Below are positions 1-11,899 of a DNA stretch of 63,967 nucleotides, in pieces. The notes below the pieces were generated by a model. That model was not told the DNA's origin, ran no database searches, and worked only from the letters and a program-made list of their open reading frames with translations. Made by a program: the position numbers and the translations under genes. Within the stretch, counting starts at the first letter, position 1. Every line of letters starts with the position of its first letter. Origin of the DNA: Ptychomitrium polyphyllum (Eukaryota); NCBI GenBank assembly GCA_973851085.1, contig OZ316775.1, positions 2,914,001 through 2,977,967 on the forward strand, in the 5' to 3' direction.

Positions 1-329
1 GGTACGCTTGTTACCACTAAGTTCGGGTGGTGTCTTCACATCGGCACTATGATGGCCCGGGGTGATCTTAGGATCACATGGGAATCATGAGTGGTGGTGA
101 GGAAACACCACTAAGTGCGGTTAGGCCGTGTGGAATGGGAGTAACACGAAGTGAGGCCTTGGACATGAATGGAAGTTCGCACCTAACCATTGCCTACCAA
201 CTAATTGGATGTCCTAACAAATGATAGAAAGACTTAGAAAGTGAGAATGGGGATTAACCATGTGCATGTGAGGGTGTACAGGGTTGACGTGCATAACGCT
301 TGCTAAGATACATTACAAGGGTTGCGACA
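1..329 (+). repeat. 3' part of the 5' LTR of the Gypsy element
   Basis: Identical to 6613-6941 except G148 vs A6760. Ends in CA immediately before the PBS. Confidence 0.96.
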
Positions 330-331
330 TT

Positions 332-343
332 TGGTATTAGAGC
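332..343 (+). promoter_or_regulatory. Primer-binding site, initiator tRNA-Met type
   Basis: TGGTATTAGAGC lies 2 nt after the LTR end, one mismatch from the canonical TGGTATCAGAGC. Confidence 0.9.
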
Positions 344-716
344 AGGCTTTGAGTATCCAAGTGCTACGTTACAAGGAGGCTATGAGTAAGAAGAAGGCCG
401 CTGATGGCGGTGAGCTCGGGGCCTCTAAACGACTACGCACGAGGGTGAACATAGACCCCGATCCGATTAGTGAGGCTCCATCCTTTGATTCCAATGAGCA
501 AGGGAATGACATTGGAGTCACCGAGGAAGTTGAGGAAACTCAATAAGACGAAGCGTTGGAGGGTGGAGAGTATTTAGGGCTAGGATTCCTAAGCCACCTA
601 AAGGCCTAGAAAGTCAGGACCGTGACTTAAGTTTTTGCATGAAAATGCTCAAGTTCATGGATGGTGTGAACCAATAACTCAAGCGTGGCAAAGAAAAAAG
701 GACTTGTCAAGAGAGG

Positions 717-3700
717 TTGATTAAGTATTTGATGGCACAAGGTTCCAAGTCCTCATCTTTGACCAAGAAGTTGGCCAAAGTAAACATGCCAAGCACTTTT
801 TTTGGGCTAGGTAAAGCGAGGAAGGTGAAGGAATTTCTTTTGGAATTTGACAACTATTATGATGTTCAAAAGCCGGAAGAGGTGGACAAAGTTTCAATTG
901 CGGTGACCTTTTTGAAAGACCATGCTCTTCAATGGTGGACAAGTAAAAAAGAGCAAGAGCCGGAGTTGATGGCGACTTTGTCTTGGGTCGGTTTTAAGCA
1001 GATTTTGAGTGAACGCTTCACTCCAAAATACCAAGAGTTGAGGGAAGGCATGAACTTGGTGCAAATAAGGCACAACGAGTCGCTCAAGACTTATGAACAA
1101 GATTTCAACGTCCAAATGAATGCCACATTCAAAATGGATGAGTTTTCAAAGAAATGCATCTTTTTGGGTGGGCTTCAAAAGTGGGTGGTGGACGCCTTGT
1201 TTAAATTTCCAAAGCTTTCGGAGGATGTGGCGGGAATCATTAAGATTGCGGAAAGAATTGAAGCCGACGGACCCGAAAGAAAATCAAGTGGTTCCTTTCA
1301 ACAAAGTACATTGAGCCAAAATGTATCTCGCAACAGAAAACGCAAGAAATTTGGCTTTGGAAACAAATATAAGGGACAAGTAGATGAAAGGGCCTACAAC
1401 AAAGTGGACCATCATGAGAGAAAACCATTCAAATTGGGAGATAAGAGTGCTAAGGTGAAGCACAAGCGTTGCTACGGGTGTGGCAAGATTGGTCACTTCA
1501 TTGCAGAATGCCCCAATAAAAAGGTGAGTACCAAAGCTTGTCACACTTGTGTTGTGGATTACATTATAGAAGGTGGATTTGTGACCAAGGCTAGTAGCCT
1601 TAAGCCAAGGTCAAGTCTCTTATACCTTGAGGCCCAAATAAATGGCAAAAATGTCTCATGTTTGATTGACACAGGGGCAACGCACTCCTTCATGAGTTCC
1701 AAGCTAGCAAGGGAGTTGGGCTTGTTAGCTCAAAAAGCTAGCAAGCCCATCAACGTGCAATTTGCAAAAGGCAAACCGTACAAGACGAAGGAGGTGGTGT
1801 TGGATGTGGCCTTAAGTAGTGGAGCACTCGAGTTGAGAAAAAGTTTTACACTATGTGAGATGGATGAGGTAGACCTCATTTTAGGTGATACCTTTTTTGA
1901 AACTCATGTGGTGGATGTGAAGCGAAGGCCAGCACGGTTAGTAGTGCGCCGTGGTGGGAAGGAGACAATATTGAAGTTGACTAGAACTCCTATGGCTGCA
2001 GGAGGAAAGTTAAACTTAGTCTCCTTAGAACAATTAGAAAATAATCAAATTGTGGTTGTGATGCGAATGGAGCAAGAAGAGGGGAATAGGCCAAGTGCCA
2101 AGGAAGTTAGGACTATTCCCAAGTGCATTCAAAATGTACTAAGTGGTTACAAGGATGTGCTCACCAATGAGCTGCCCGCAGAGTTACCGCCAAGAAGAGA
2201 AGTGGATCACAAAATTGAAGCAATACCGGGAACGGAGCCCCCTTCAAAGGCTCCATACCGGTTGAACCAAAAAGAGCTAGAAGAATTGAAGAAGCAATTG
2301 AATGACTTGTTGGAAAGAGACTATGTTAGGCCAAATAAGTCGCCATATGGAGCACCGGTCCTCTTTGTAGACAAAAAGGATGGCAAGCTCCGCATGTGTG
2401 TTGACTATAGAGCCTTGAATAAAGCCACCATCAAGAACAACTATCTTTTGCCTCGAATTGATGACCTCTTTGATAGATTGGCGGAAGCTAAGTACTTTAG
2501 TCGGATAGACTTGAAGTTGGGCTACTATCAAATTCGCAATGCAGATGAAGATGTGCCAAAGACCGCATGCTGTACTAGGTATGGGTCCTATGAATTTTTG
2601 GTGATGCCATTTGGGTTGTGTAATGCTCCTTCAACATTCACGACCCTCATGAATACCATCTTTCGAGAAGAGATGGATGACTTTGTCATTGTTTATATTG
2701 ATGACATCTTGATGTACTCCAAGTCGGCAGAAGAACATACAAGGCACCTCGAAGTGGTGCTTCAAAAACTTAGGGACCACAAACTTTATGCCAACGGAGA
2801 AAAGAGTGAATTTGCGCAACTTGAGATTGAGTTCTTAGGCCATATAGTAATAAATGATGGAATCAAGCCGGACATAAGGAAGATAAAGGCAATTAGAGAG
2901 TAAAAGCAACCTTCTACACAAAGGGGGCTGAGATCATTTCTCGGCCTAGCAAATTATTATAGGAGGTTCATATGCAACTTCTCCAAAATTGCTAGACCTT
3001 TGTCCGACTTGTTGAAGAAAGGAGCTAGTCAAGTATGGGATGGATTTTGTCACCAAGCTTTTCAAGAACTCAAGGATAAGTTGTCACAACCGCTAATATT
3101 GAAGTTTCCCAAGTTTGAAAAGCCCTTTGAGGTCCACACGGATGCAAGTGACTTTGTCATTGGCGGAGTGCTCATGCAAGAAGGCATGCCAATTGCGTAT
3201 GAGAACAAGAAGTTAGATGGGTGCCAAAAAAGGTGGCCCACGCACGAGAAAGAACTCTTTGCCGTAGTGCATTGTTTGAAAACATGGCGGCATTACTTGG
3301 GCCTATATAAAACCAATGTCTACACGGATAACGTGTCCTTGAAGTACTTTGAGTCATAGGCACAAATGAGTGCAAAGCAATTGAGGTGGCACGACACCTT
3401 GGCACCCATGAATGTGGATTTGATCCAGAAGCCGGGGCGTGACAATGTAGTGCCGGATGCTTTAAGTAGGCGGGAGGAGTTGCAAGCGATGGGCACAATC
3501 CAAGTCCTGTGAGTAATATATATAAGGGAGAAGGCAATTTAGAAAGGAAGATAAGAGAGGGGTATATGAAGGATTTCAAAGCACAAAGGCTTCTCGGTGA
3601 GCTTAAGAAGGGTAAGAAACTTAAGAAAATTAAGTTGAAGAAGGGATTACTCAAGTACAAACAAAGTCGGATGTATGTGCTTCAAGGAAAACTACGGTTG

Positions 3701-5010
3701 TTGGTTTTGAAAGAAGAACATGATAGTCCCATAGCCGGCCATAGAGGGCAAAAAACCACCATAGCGGTGGTGTCAAGAAGGTACTATTGGCCGGGCATGA
3801 AAGTGGACATCACCGACTTTGTGAAAACTTGTGTGAAGTGCCAACTCAATAGAGCATCTTACCAAAAGCAAGCCGGTCTACTACAATCTTTGCCAATTCC
3901 GCCGGATCCATGGCATAGCGTGTCTATGGACTTCATCACAAGTCTTCCGGAATTGCAAGGGCATGTTGCCATCTTTGTGATGGTGGATCGCTTTAGCAAG
4001 TTGGCGCACATGGTGTCAACTAGAGGAACCGTAACTGCACATGAGACCGCAAAGCTATTCCTCGATGCATGGTGGAAACATCACGGGTTGCCGAGAGTGA
4101 TTGTGTTGGATCAAGATCCAAAATTCACTAATGCTTTTTGGAAACATTTCTTTAGGAAAGTTGAAACCAAATTGACGTTTAGCACTGCCTTCCATCCTCA
4201 AACGGATGGGCAAACGGAACAAGTGAACGGAGTCTTGAACCAATACTTGAAGAACTTTGTGAGTGCGGATTAGTGCAATTGGGTGGATTATGTGAGCCTA
4301 GCGGAGTTCAGTTACAATGCGGCCAACCATTCGGCGACAAAGCAGTCGCCATTCAAGGTGGCCTATGGAGTGGAGCCACTCCAACCTGCTGACTGAGCTC
4401 TCAAAGAGGCACATTCAACACTAGAGTTTAACCAAGATGGTGAGGACTTGGCCAAAAAGCGAGAACACATGTTGGAGAAGACTAAGCTTTTGTTGGAAAA
4501 GGCACAAAAGCGGTACGGGAAACAAGTCAATGTCGGAAGACGTGAAGTAGAGTATGAAGTAGGCCAAAAGGTATTGTTGAATGTAAAGAACTTTAGCTTG
4601 CCCGAAGGCCTCACTCCAAAGTTCATGTCCAAGTTTGCGGGGCTGTTTTCTATTGTGGAGCGGATGTTTAAAGATGTGTACAAGTTGGAGCTACCACCCG
4701 AAATCAAAGTGCACCCAACATTTCATGTCTCACTCCTTAAGCCATTCAGAAAAGATACCTTGTGGCCCAATTGCAGACAAGTGATTCGGCCATTGCCAAA
4801 ATTGGTGGGCGATCACTAGGAATACGAAGTAGAAGGGATCTCAAGTGTAGGCACCACAAGAAAATAGAAAAAGAGTATTTGGTGAAGTAGAGAGGGTACC
4901 ATGAAAAGAAAGCAACTTGGGTAGCAGCCAAGGACTTGGAAAATGCCAATGAAGTGGTGGAACGCTTTGAAAGGGATAGGAACTCCAACAAAAGACAACG
5001 TTGGCATTGA
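717..5010 (+). pseudogene. Gypsy gag-pol polyprotein with C-terminal chromodomain, disrupted
   Basis: Motifs: [14 protein letters not shown] (zinc knuckle), LIDTGAT (protease), [11 protein letters not shown] and YIDD (RT), TDASD (RNaseH), HDSPIAGH..CVKC, SMDF and HPQTDGQTE (integrase), VHPTFHVSLLKP, then EYEVEGI..EYLVK*RGY..ATW (chromodomain, about 4820-4970). In-frame stops at 2901, 3357, 4271, 4393 and 4817, plus frameshifts. Confidence 0.95.
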
Positions 5011-5048
5011 TGAGGACATCAATCTCTTTTAGTAGGGGGAAAGAAGCT

Positions 5049-6941
5049 TATAGCAGTAACTTCTCCACATCATGTATTGGTTCTTTGACTTATGGCAATA
5101 AAGTTCAACTTTTGTATATGCAAAGAGTAGAGTATAAGATGACGTCCTAGTCTTGTGCTTGTGCTAAGTTGGTAGAAGAGGGGAAATAGACATGTGAAAC
5201 CAAGATGGGAAGGTCTAGTAATGGGGACCAAGGCTGGGAGGAAGAATGGTTAAAACCATGAAACTTCCTCGCCTCGGGCTTATCCGGGCGAGGACAAGGT
5301 AATGGCGCGTGCTTATAAAAGCGCCACTCCTACAAACTAACAAAAGTTAGTGCATGGGAGTCATGAATCCATGTCTCAATAGAGATAGTGGGATCCAGGT
5401 TGGGCGGAACTTGGCATTATCCCCGTGCAATCGAGTTGTGGAATAAAAGCCACCTTGAGTTTGCAACTAAGACAACTTGGTGGAGCATTGAGGTCCACTC
5501 TAGTCAAGATGGTAGAGTTAGGGAAGTGTAGCCTAACTAGGGAGTTTATCCCAAGAGAGGTTCAAAGTAGGTAGGTCTAGAGTAATTTAGGGTCCCAAGA
5601 ATTTTGTCTAAGGTGCTTAAACAGACCACCTTCTAAATGACACGTTTGAAACTTTGTCAAAGACATATGAGTGCATTGTGGAGATCGCACCCTGGATGAA
5701 ACACAATGCTGCACCACTAGAGGATGGCAACTTTGGAAGTGGTGTGCCGACTACAAGTATAGTCGATAAGGACATTGACTCCATAAAGGTGGAGGTGAGT
5801 ATCGTGCACCTCTCCTTGAGGAGTGCCCACAATACTAAGGGCACAAGGGGGACCCCGGAGTGACGTCCGGGACTTGTGGCGCCGATAGTGAGGGGAACCG
5901 AGTGGGCCTAGCGTGGGAAGGACCCCTAGAGGTAGAAACATCCTTGCCCATATAGATCGAGGGCCACGGGGATATTTCATGGGCATTGGAGGAATCACAA
6001 AGAGCTGATTCTAAAATGCTAAAGATTGCTCAAATCGGACAAGGGAGCTAAAAGTTATGGCATCCCAAAGTTGGGGTTGCCAAGAGGCTGTTTTGGACTG
6101 TGGCAGCCCTACACAGTGACTGTACTGGACTAGGACAGTCCAGGGAGGTACTCCTGAGGAGCCCCGAACCTTGGGAGAGGCATATCTTCCAGAGGATTAA
6201 CTCAAAGCAGATGTTTGAGGAGTTTATCGGCAACTACGCAAAGAGTAGATGACGATAGAATGGTCGCTCATTACATTCGGGCACCGAACGAGGAAGATAT
6301 GGCTCCCTAAAGGTCCACTGGGAGTTCCAGAGGCTTCTAGCGGCTGAGTCCCAAGGGAGATCGGGTGGTCTTCCAAAACTTTGGGTGTGTAGGAGTTCAG
6401 CCAACTACAGAGGGCCAGGGGGCCTGCCGAATCCAACAGAGAGTACTATAGGGGAGGGCTGGTCCTCCTGTTCACTTCCCTAGTGTCCCAGTAGAGACTA
6501 AGGATGAGTCCCGGATGGTAGAGCTAGTATTGGGGCTTCACCACGAGGACTCCCACACCATTGTGAGCCGGAAGATGGCTGGTTTCACGAAGGGAACTAG
6601 CACATTTAAAAGGGTACGCTTGTTACCACTAAGTTCGGGTGGTGTCTTCACATCGGCACTATGATGGCCCGGGGTGATCTTAGGATCACATGGGAATCAT
6701 GAGTGGTGGTGAGGAAACACCACTAAGTGCGGTTAGGCCGTGTGGAATGGGAGTAACACAAAGTGAGGCCTTGGACATGAATGGAAGTTCGCACCTAACC
6801 ATTGCCTACCAACTAATTGGATGTCCTAACAAATGATAGAAAGACTTAGAAAGTGAGAATGGGGATTAACCATGTGCATGTGAGGGTGTACAGGGTTGAC
6901 GTGCATAACGCTTGCTAAGATACATTACAAGGGTTGCGACA
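5049..6941 (+). repeat. 3' LTR of the Gypsy element (6613-6941 certain; start near 5049 inferred)
   Basis: A purine run AGTAGGGGGAAAGAAG (5031-5046) follows the pol end like a PPT. It is followed by TATAGCAG, which would be TGTAGCAG with one G>A change, an imperfect inverted match to the LTR end. The matching part of the 5' LTR lies outside the window, so the start cannot be confirmed. Confidence 0.55.
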
Positions 6942-7009
6942 ACTACAGAATTAGCAAAACGCTTAACTCTTAGCGTATGCCATCTCAAAATCATTTATAG
7001 CTAAAGATG

Positions 7010-7346
7010 TATTGAAGTCACGAGAAGTAGAGAACATCTTCTCTTGAAGGCCTTTAATTATACTACCACATAATAACGTCTCAAGCACCTTTTAAGGTCT
7101 TTCTCAAGTATCTTGCAAGTAGCTTTCCAAAGCCACTTGCAAGTTCCTTTATGCCAACTCATACACCCACTAGTCCTTGCCTTCCCATGCACGACATGTG
7201 GATTGTTCCTACCACGTTGACCATGTACCATATATATACCTCTTAAGTGGCTTTTACCTCTCCCCATTTTTTCTCCTTTTATATTTACTACAATACAATA
7301 TTATTTACACCACCGTAAATAGTACGAGCAACTCTAATCTCCAACA
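7010..7346 (-). repeat. Copia 3' LTR (about 337 bp)
   Basis: Bounded by the TSD on one side and the PPT on the other. Begins TGTTGGAGATTAGAG on the minus strand. Confidence 0.85.
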
Positions 7347-7359
7347 CTCCCACTTTGCA

Positions 7360-9752
7360 AGTAGTTACCTTCTCGCAATCTCATTTCCTTTGCTAATCGT
7401 TGATGTCAATCCTTTGTAAGTGCCTTCGTCAACACGTCAGCAACCATGTCTTCCGTCGGGCAATACTTCAAGCTTATCTAGCCGCTCTCCAACTTCTCGC
7501 GAATGAAGTGGTGTTGCACATCGATGTGCTTCGTGCGTGAGTGGTGTGTGGATTCTTTGCAAGTGCGATGCATCCTTGGTTGTTGCACATGATGGTTGTA
7601 GCATCTTCTTGCACAAACCCCACATCCGCCAAAAGCTTTTGAAGCCAAATGGCCTCCTTGGTGCTTTGGCTAGTGGCCAAGTACTCCGCCTCTATTGTAG
7701 ACAACGCAATTGTAGGTTGCCTCCTACAATTCCACGAGATCGCACCAACTCCAACAAAAAACACGTATCCGGTTGTTGAACGACGCTCATTTGCATCTCC
7801 GGCCCAATCTGCATCGCAATACCCCCTCAAGGCAAGCTCCTTACCACCAAGGCACAACTTGTAGTCCATGGTACTTTGCAAGTACCGCATGATGCGCTTC
7901 ACCGCACTCCAATGTGCCGGACCGGCCCTAGACATGAATTGGCTCACCATGCTCACCGCAAACGCAAGGTCAGCTCGTGTAGCCACCATGGCATACATCA
8001 ATGAGCCAACACTAGACTTGTATGGCACGCCTTCCATCTCACCTTTGATGGCCTCAAGCTCCTCCACCGAAAGCTTCAACAACTTAACATTTACATCAAG
8101 CGGCGTACCAATGGGCTTGCACTCCTCCATGTTGAAGCGCTTGAATACCTCCTTGTTGTACTTCCTTTGGCTCATGGTGATGGTGCGTGCCTTGCGATCC
8201 CTCTCAAATTCCACTCCCAAGCAATACATCAACTTTCCAAGATCACTCATCATAAACTCCGCATTGAGTTTGGCCTTGAGCCATGCCAACTTTGCCAAAA
8301 GACTAGCCAAGATGATCAAGTCGTCCACATAGATGAGCGCTATCAACAAGTACTCACCGGTTTGCTTGATGTACAAGGAATGATCCGCTTTGCTCCTTGT
8401 GAAGCCCTCCTTGGTGAAGAAGGAATCAATCCGTTGGTGCTATGGTCTTGGTGATTGCTTAAGTCCGTACAACAACTTCTTGAGCTTGCACACAAGATGC
8501 TCAAAGCCCTTCTCTTCAAATCCTTGCGGTTGACTCATGTAGATGTCCTCCTCCAACTCGCCATTCAAGAATGCGGTCTTCACATCCATTTGATGGATCT
8601 CCAAATCCAACGCCGCTCCAAGTGCAAGGATGCACCAAATGGTGTTGAACTTGGCCATGGGAGCAAAGGTCTCAAGGAAGTCGGCTCCCGCAACTTGAAA
8701 AATCCCTTGGCCGCCAATCGTGCCTTGTGGCGTACCACTTCATCCAAAGCGTCTTTCTTCGTACAAAAGACCCACTTGCATCCAACGCTCTTACGACCCT
8801 TTGGAAGCGGAGCCAACTCCCACGTCTCATTTGCCGTGAATGAGTCATACTCCTCTTGCATGGCCACCTCCCACTTGCTGGCATCTTTTGATCTCATTGC
8901 TTTGCCTACATTCAATGGATCGTCAAGAGTGGCCACATTGGCCCGCTCTTCTTCATGTTGTGGCAAGATGTGGTTCTTCCACCACTCTCCAAGTGGACGT
9001 TGTTCCCTCGTTGGGTACCGAGGTTCTTGTCTGGATTCGACCTCTAGGCCTTCACTTCGTGTGGATGTTGGTGAAGGTGTTACATCTTGTTTGTCGTCCA
9101 CCGACTCTTCCTTCTTGGTATCATCATCACTCTCGTGTGAGGGAGTTGGTTTAGAAGATTCATCCACCAAAACCAACGAAGGCGTCTCACTACTTCCACT
9201 TGGACTCATCTCCAAACCATGACCAACGCTAGTGCTATCCTCATCAAACACTACATCACGACTCCTAATGATCTTCCGTGTTTCAACACACATGAGGCGA
9301 TATGCCTTGGTTCCCTCGCAATATCCAAGAAATAAACACTTGGTTCCTTTAGCATCGAGCATACCCCTCTTTGCATCTGGCACCTTTGCAAATGCAATAC
9401 AACCAAACACGCGCATGTATGCAACGCATGGCTTGCGGCTATTCCAAGCTTCTTGTGGTGTAACGGTGACAAGCGCCCTTGTAGGACACCGATTACAAAT
9501 GTATACCGCATTGGACACTGCTTCCGCCCAAAACAAGAGCTTGAGGCGTTGAGCATGAATCATGCTTCTTGCCATCTCCACAATGGTGCGATTTGCATGC
9601 TCCGCCACTCCGTTTTGCTCTGGCGTGTAAGGTGTCGATGGTTGCCTCTTGATGCCGTGGTTCTTTAAGAAGCGTCAAAAGGCCTTGGATATGAACTCCC
9701 CACCATTGTCCAACCAGAACGCCTTGATCTTGTGCTCTAATTGTGTCTCCGC
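7360..9752 (-). pseudogene. Copia pol remnant (integrase core, RT, RNaseH)
   Basis: Motifs: AEHANRTIVEMARSM..FWAEAV..RVFGC..KCLFLGY, GCKWVF..HKARLAAKG, HQMDVKTAFLNG, LYGLKQSPR, IYVDDL, GYCDADWAGD..RRSTTGY, ALSTIEAEY. Frameshifts near 8700 and 7550 and a stop at about 8441. Confidence 0.95.
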
Positions 9753-9865
9753 AAGTGGCTTTCACCTCTCCCCCTTTTCTCCCCATTTTCTCTCCCTCTA
9801 TATCTACCACAATACAATATTATGTACACCACCTTAAATACTACAAGCAACTCTAATCTCCAACA
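9753..9865 (-). repeat. Truncated Copia 5' LTR (first 113 bp only)
   Basis: Matches about 7245-7346 with roughly 10 substitutions and a short indel. It is joined directly to integrase-coding sequence. Confidence 0.88.
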
Positions 9866-11899
9866 AGATGATGGTGCAACTTTGCCAAGCGTAGTGGAAA
9901 TTTTTTTGGAAGGCTTTGTCACTTATAAAAAAAAGAATTGTGATATTTTAACCCTGATCAATTTTACCTGAATCTTGGAACTATTCAAGTTCTTGCTGCT
10001 CCCTGTCCAAAATGTGACCCATGAAGCCAAGCAACCTTGCCATTTTTCTTGTATAGCTACAACACCTGCATGTCATCACTAACATTAGAATGTAGTAATA
10101 AGTCTATTATAGTTACACATATATGAATTGGACGATATGTATAATAAAACTTAATAGAAGAATTTGTCTACTGTGTATAAAATCTTGCATAAATGAAATG
10201 ATTTGTCCTAGTATATCATGTACTTATGTATTCAAAAAAGTGGACTTCCAAAATTTTCAACATTTGAAATACTTGTACTAAATTCATGCTAGAATGATGC
10301 TTGTGTTATATTTTGGTACTTATGGTTTTTGCTTTAATGATTGAAATATGAAAGAAATATTTTTTATGAAGTATGGACATTAACTACAAACAATACTATA
10401 TTTTCTACAATAGAAAATTCTAAACTTCCAATATAACCTTAGATGCAAAAACATCCAAATGAAGCAAACTTTTTGTTTAAGCCAATGTCATAGACTTAAA
10501 GTCATATGACAAGTGCCTTGCCAATTGTTGACTGTATCCACTTAAAGTTGCTACTTGCCTTATATTTATTTATTTCTATTAGCGTTTATAATGATGCCAT
10601 TGTTTAGATGTATGGTATTTAAAACTTGGAAAAACAATTTAGATGATTATTGACACATTGTTTGTTTAATTCTTCTAATGTAGAACCTTGCAATGTGGTC
10701 CATTAGTCCTTCATCTACATTCATTGATTATATTATAAAACATTACGCACTGGCCATAGGGCAGTTTATATTGAAATTCTTTCAATTATTTAATTATAAT
10801 TATGGAGTATATTGGTATTAAAAGTATTGTAAACTTTCCATGTAAACTTAAAGCTCAAATGTACAAAAATAATCACTTTATTGTAAATGGATAATATTAA
10901 ACATAACACTTAAGGTGGCATACTAAAACCTACTTCTTTCATGTTTGCAAATCAAACAATGCTATAAATACTACATCTTCAAAATCTATGCAAGTGCATG
11001 TCAAACCATACTATAAAAATATAATGTTATATTTATAAAAGTGCACGATTCCAAAATACACCAAATACAACCGTATTACTATTAAATAACAATGTTTGCA
11101 ATGCTTTTATGGATTTCCATTAAATCTTTTTTATTTCTAGGCTTTTGTGTTGTGACGGTAGAAGTAATATGCAACCACTTTTAAATTGAGTTTTTTTTAC
11201 TCTCCATTTCAATCTACTTGCTAAACTCCATGCCACATAACGAATTTATATTTTGGTTGCTCATACATTAGACAAAAATATTAGATCTTTACAAAAATTA
11301 GCTTATTCTAATTGTTGCAAGAATTGGTTGTTGCTTGAATAGTCCATACTAGATACAAATTGCCATTCTTTGGCCAGATGCCTATAACATATCTTTTGTA
11401 AAGGTCTCTTGATACTTTAAATGATAATTGTAGATTGTTATATAATTGTTTAACCAAATGATTTTCCTCAGTATAATCTTTATAGACATTGCTTTCAATA
11501 GTGAATTCATTTGTAAAAATTGGTGCAATTTGTGTCATAGGCCAAAATCCATATTGTTGCCCTCAGTCTACCATCCAATACTATCAAATTTTCCATCCAA
11601 CACTACTAAGTGATAGTCATTAGTATTATTCATCCAAAAGATATATATAATCCAAAATTATAGAATTTGGAACTTCAAACTTATATTTAAATTCTTTAAT
11701 AAAAAGAAAATGTACATTTTAATTTTCAAGTTGCAATTTTTTAGCAATAATTCTTTTTGCAACTAAATTGCATTTTTATTTTTTTTGATAAAGTCTTTGA
11801 TTCTAATCAAGGATTTTTTTAATTTTTTTTTTATATATTTCAACTTTCTTTCTAGATTTTATACCTGATAAGTATTGACCTTAGTATTTGGTGGCCATA

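Larger units (their letters stand above)
1..6941 (+). mobile_element. Ty3/Gypsy chromovirus LTR retrotransposon; 5' LTR cut by the window edge; coding region defective
   Basis: 1-329 is repeated at 6613-6941 with a single mismatch, and both copies end ...GTTGCGACA. A PBS follows the first copy. Domain order is gag, CCHC knuckle, protease, RT, RNaseH, integrase, chromodomain. Confidence 0.97.
7010..9865 (-). mobile_element. Ty1/Copia LTR retrotransposon, internally deleted (no gag, protease or PBS)
   Basis: Flanked by the 5-bp TSD AGATG (7005-7009 and 9866-9870). Ends read TATTG... (from TGTTG) and ...CAACA. The LTR segment about 7245-7346 matches 9753-9865. PPT AGTGGGAG lies on the minus strand at 7347-7354. 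Domain order is integrase, RT, RNaseH. Confidence 0.93.

Noticed and set aside
2901..2903. Programmed readthrough or frameshift in the Gypsy pol
   Set aside because: The stop replaces a conserved Trp inside RT and is one of many lesions, so it reflects decay.
7537..9668. Plus-strand ORFs up to 255 aa
   Set aside because: They are antisense shadows of the Copia pol.
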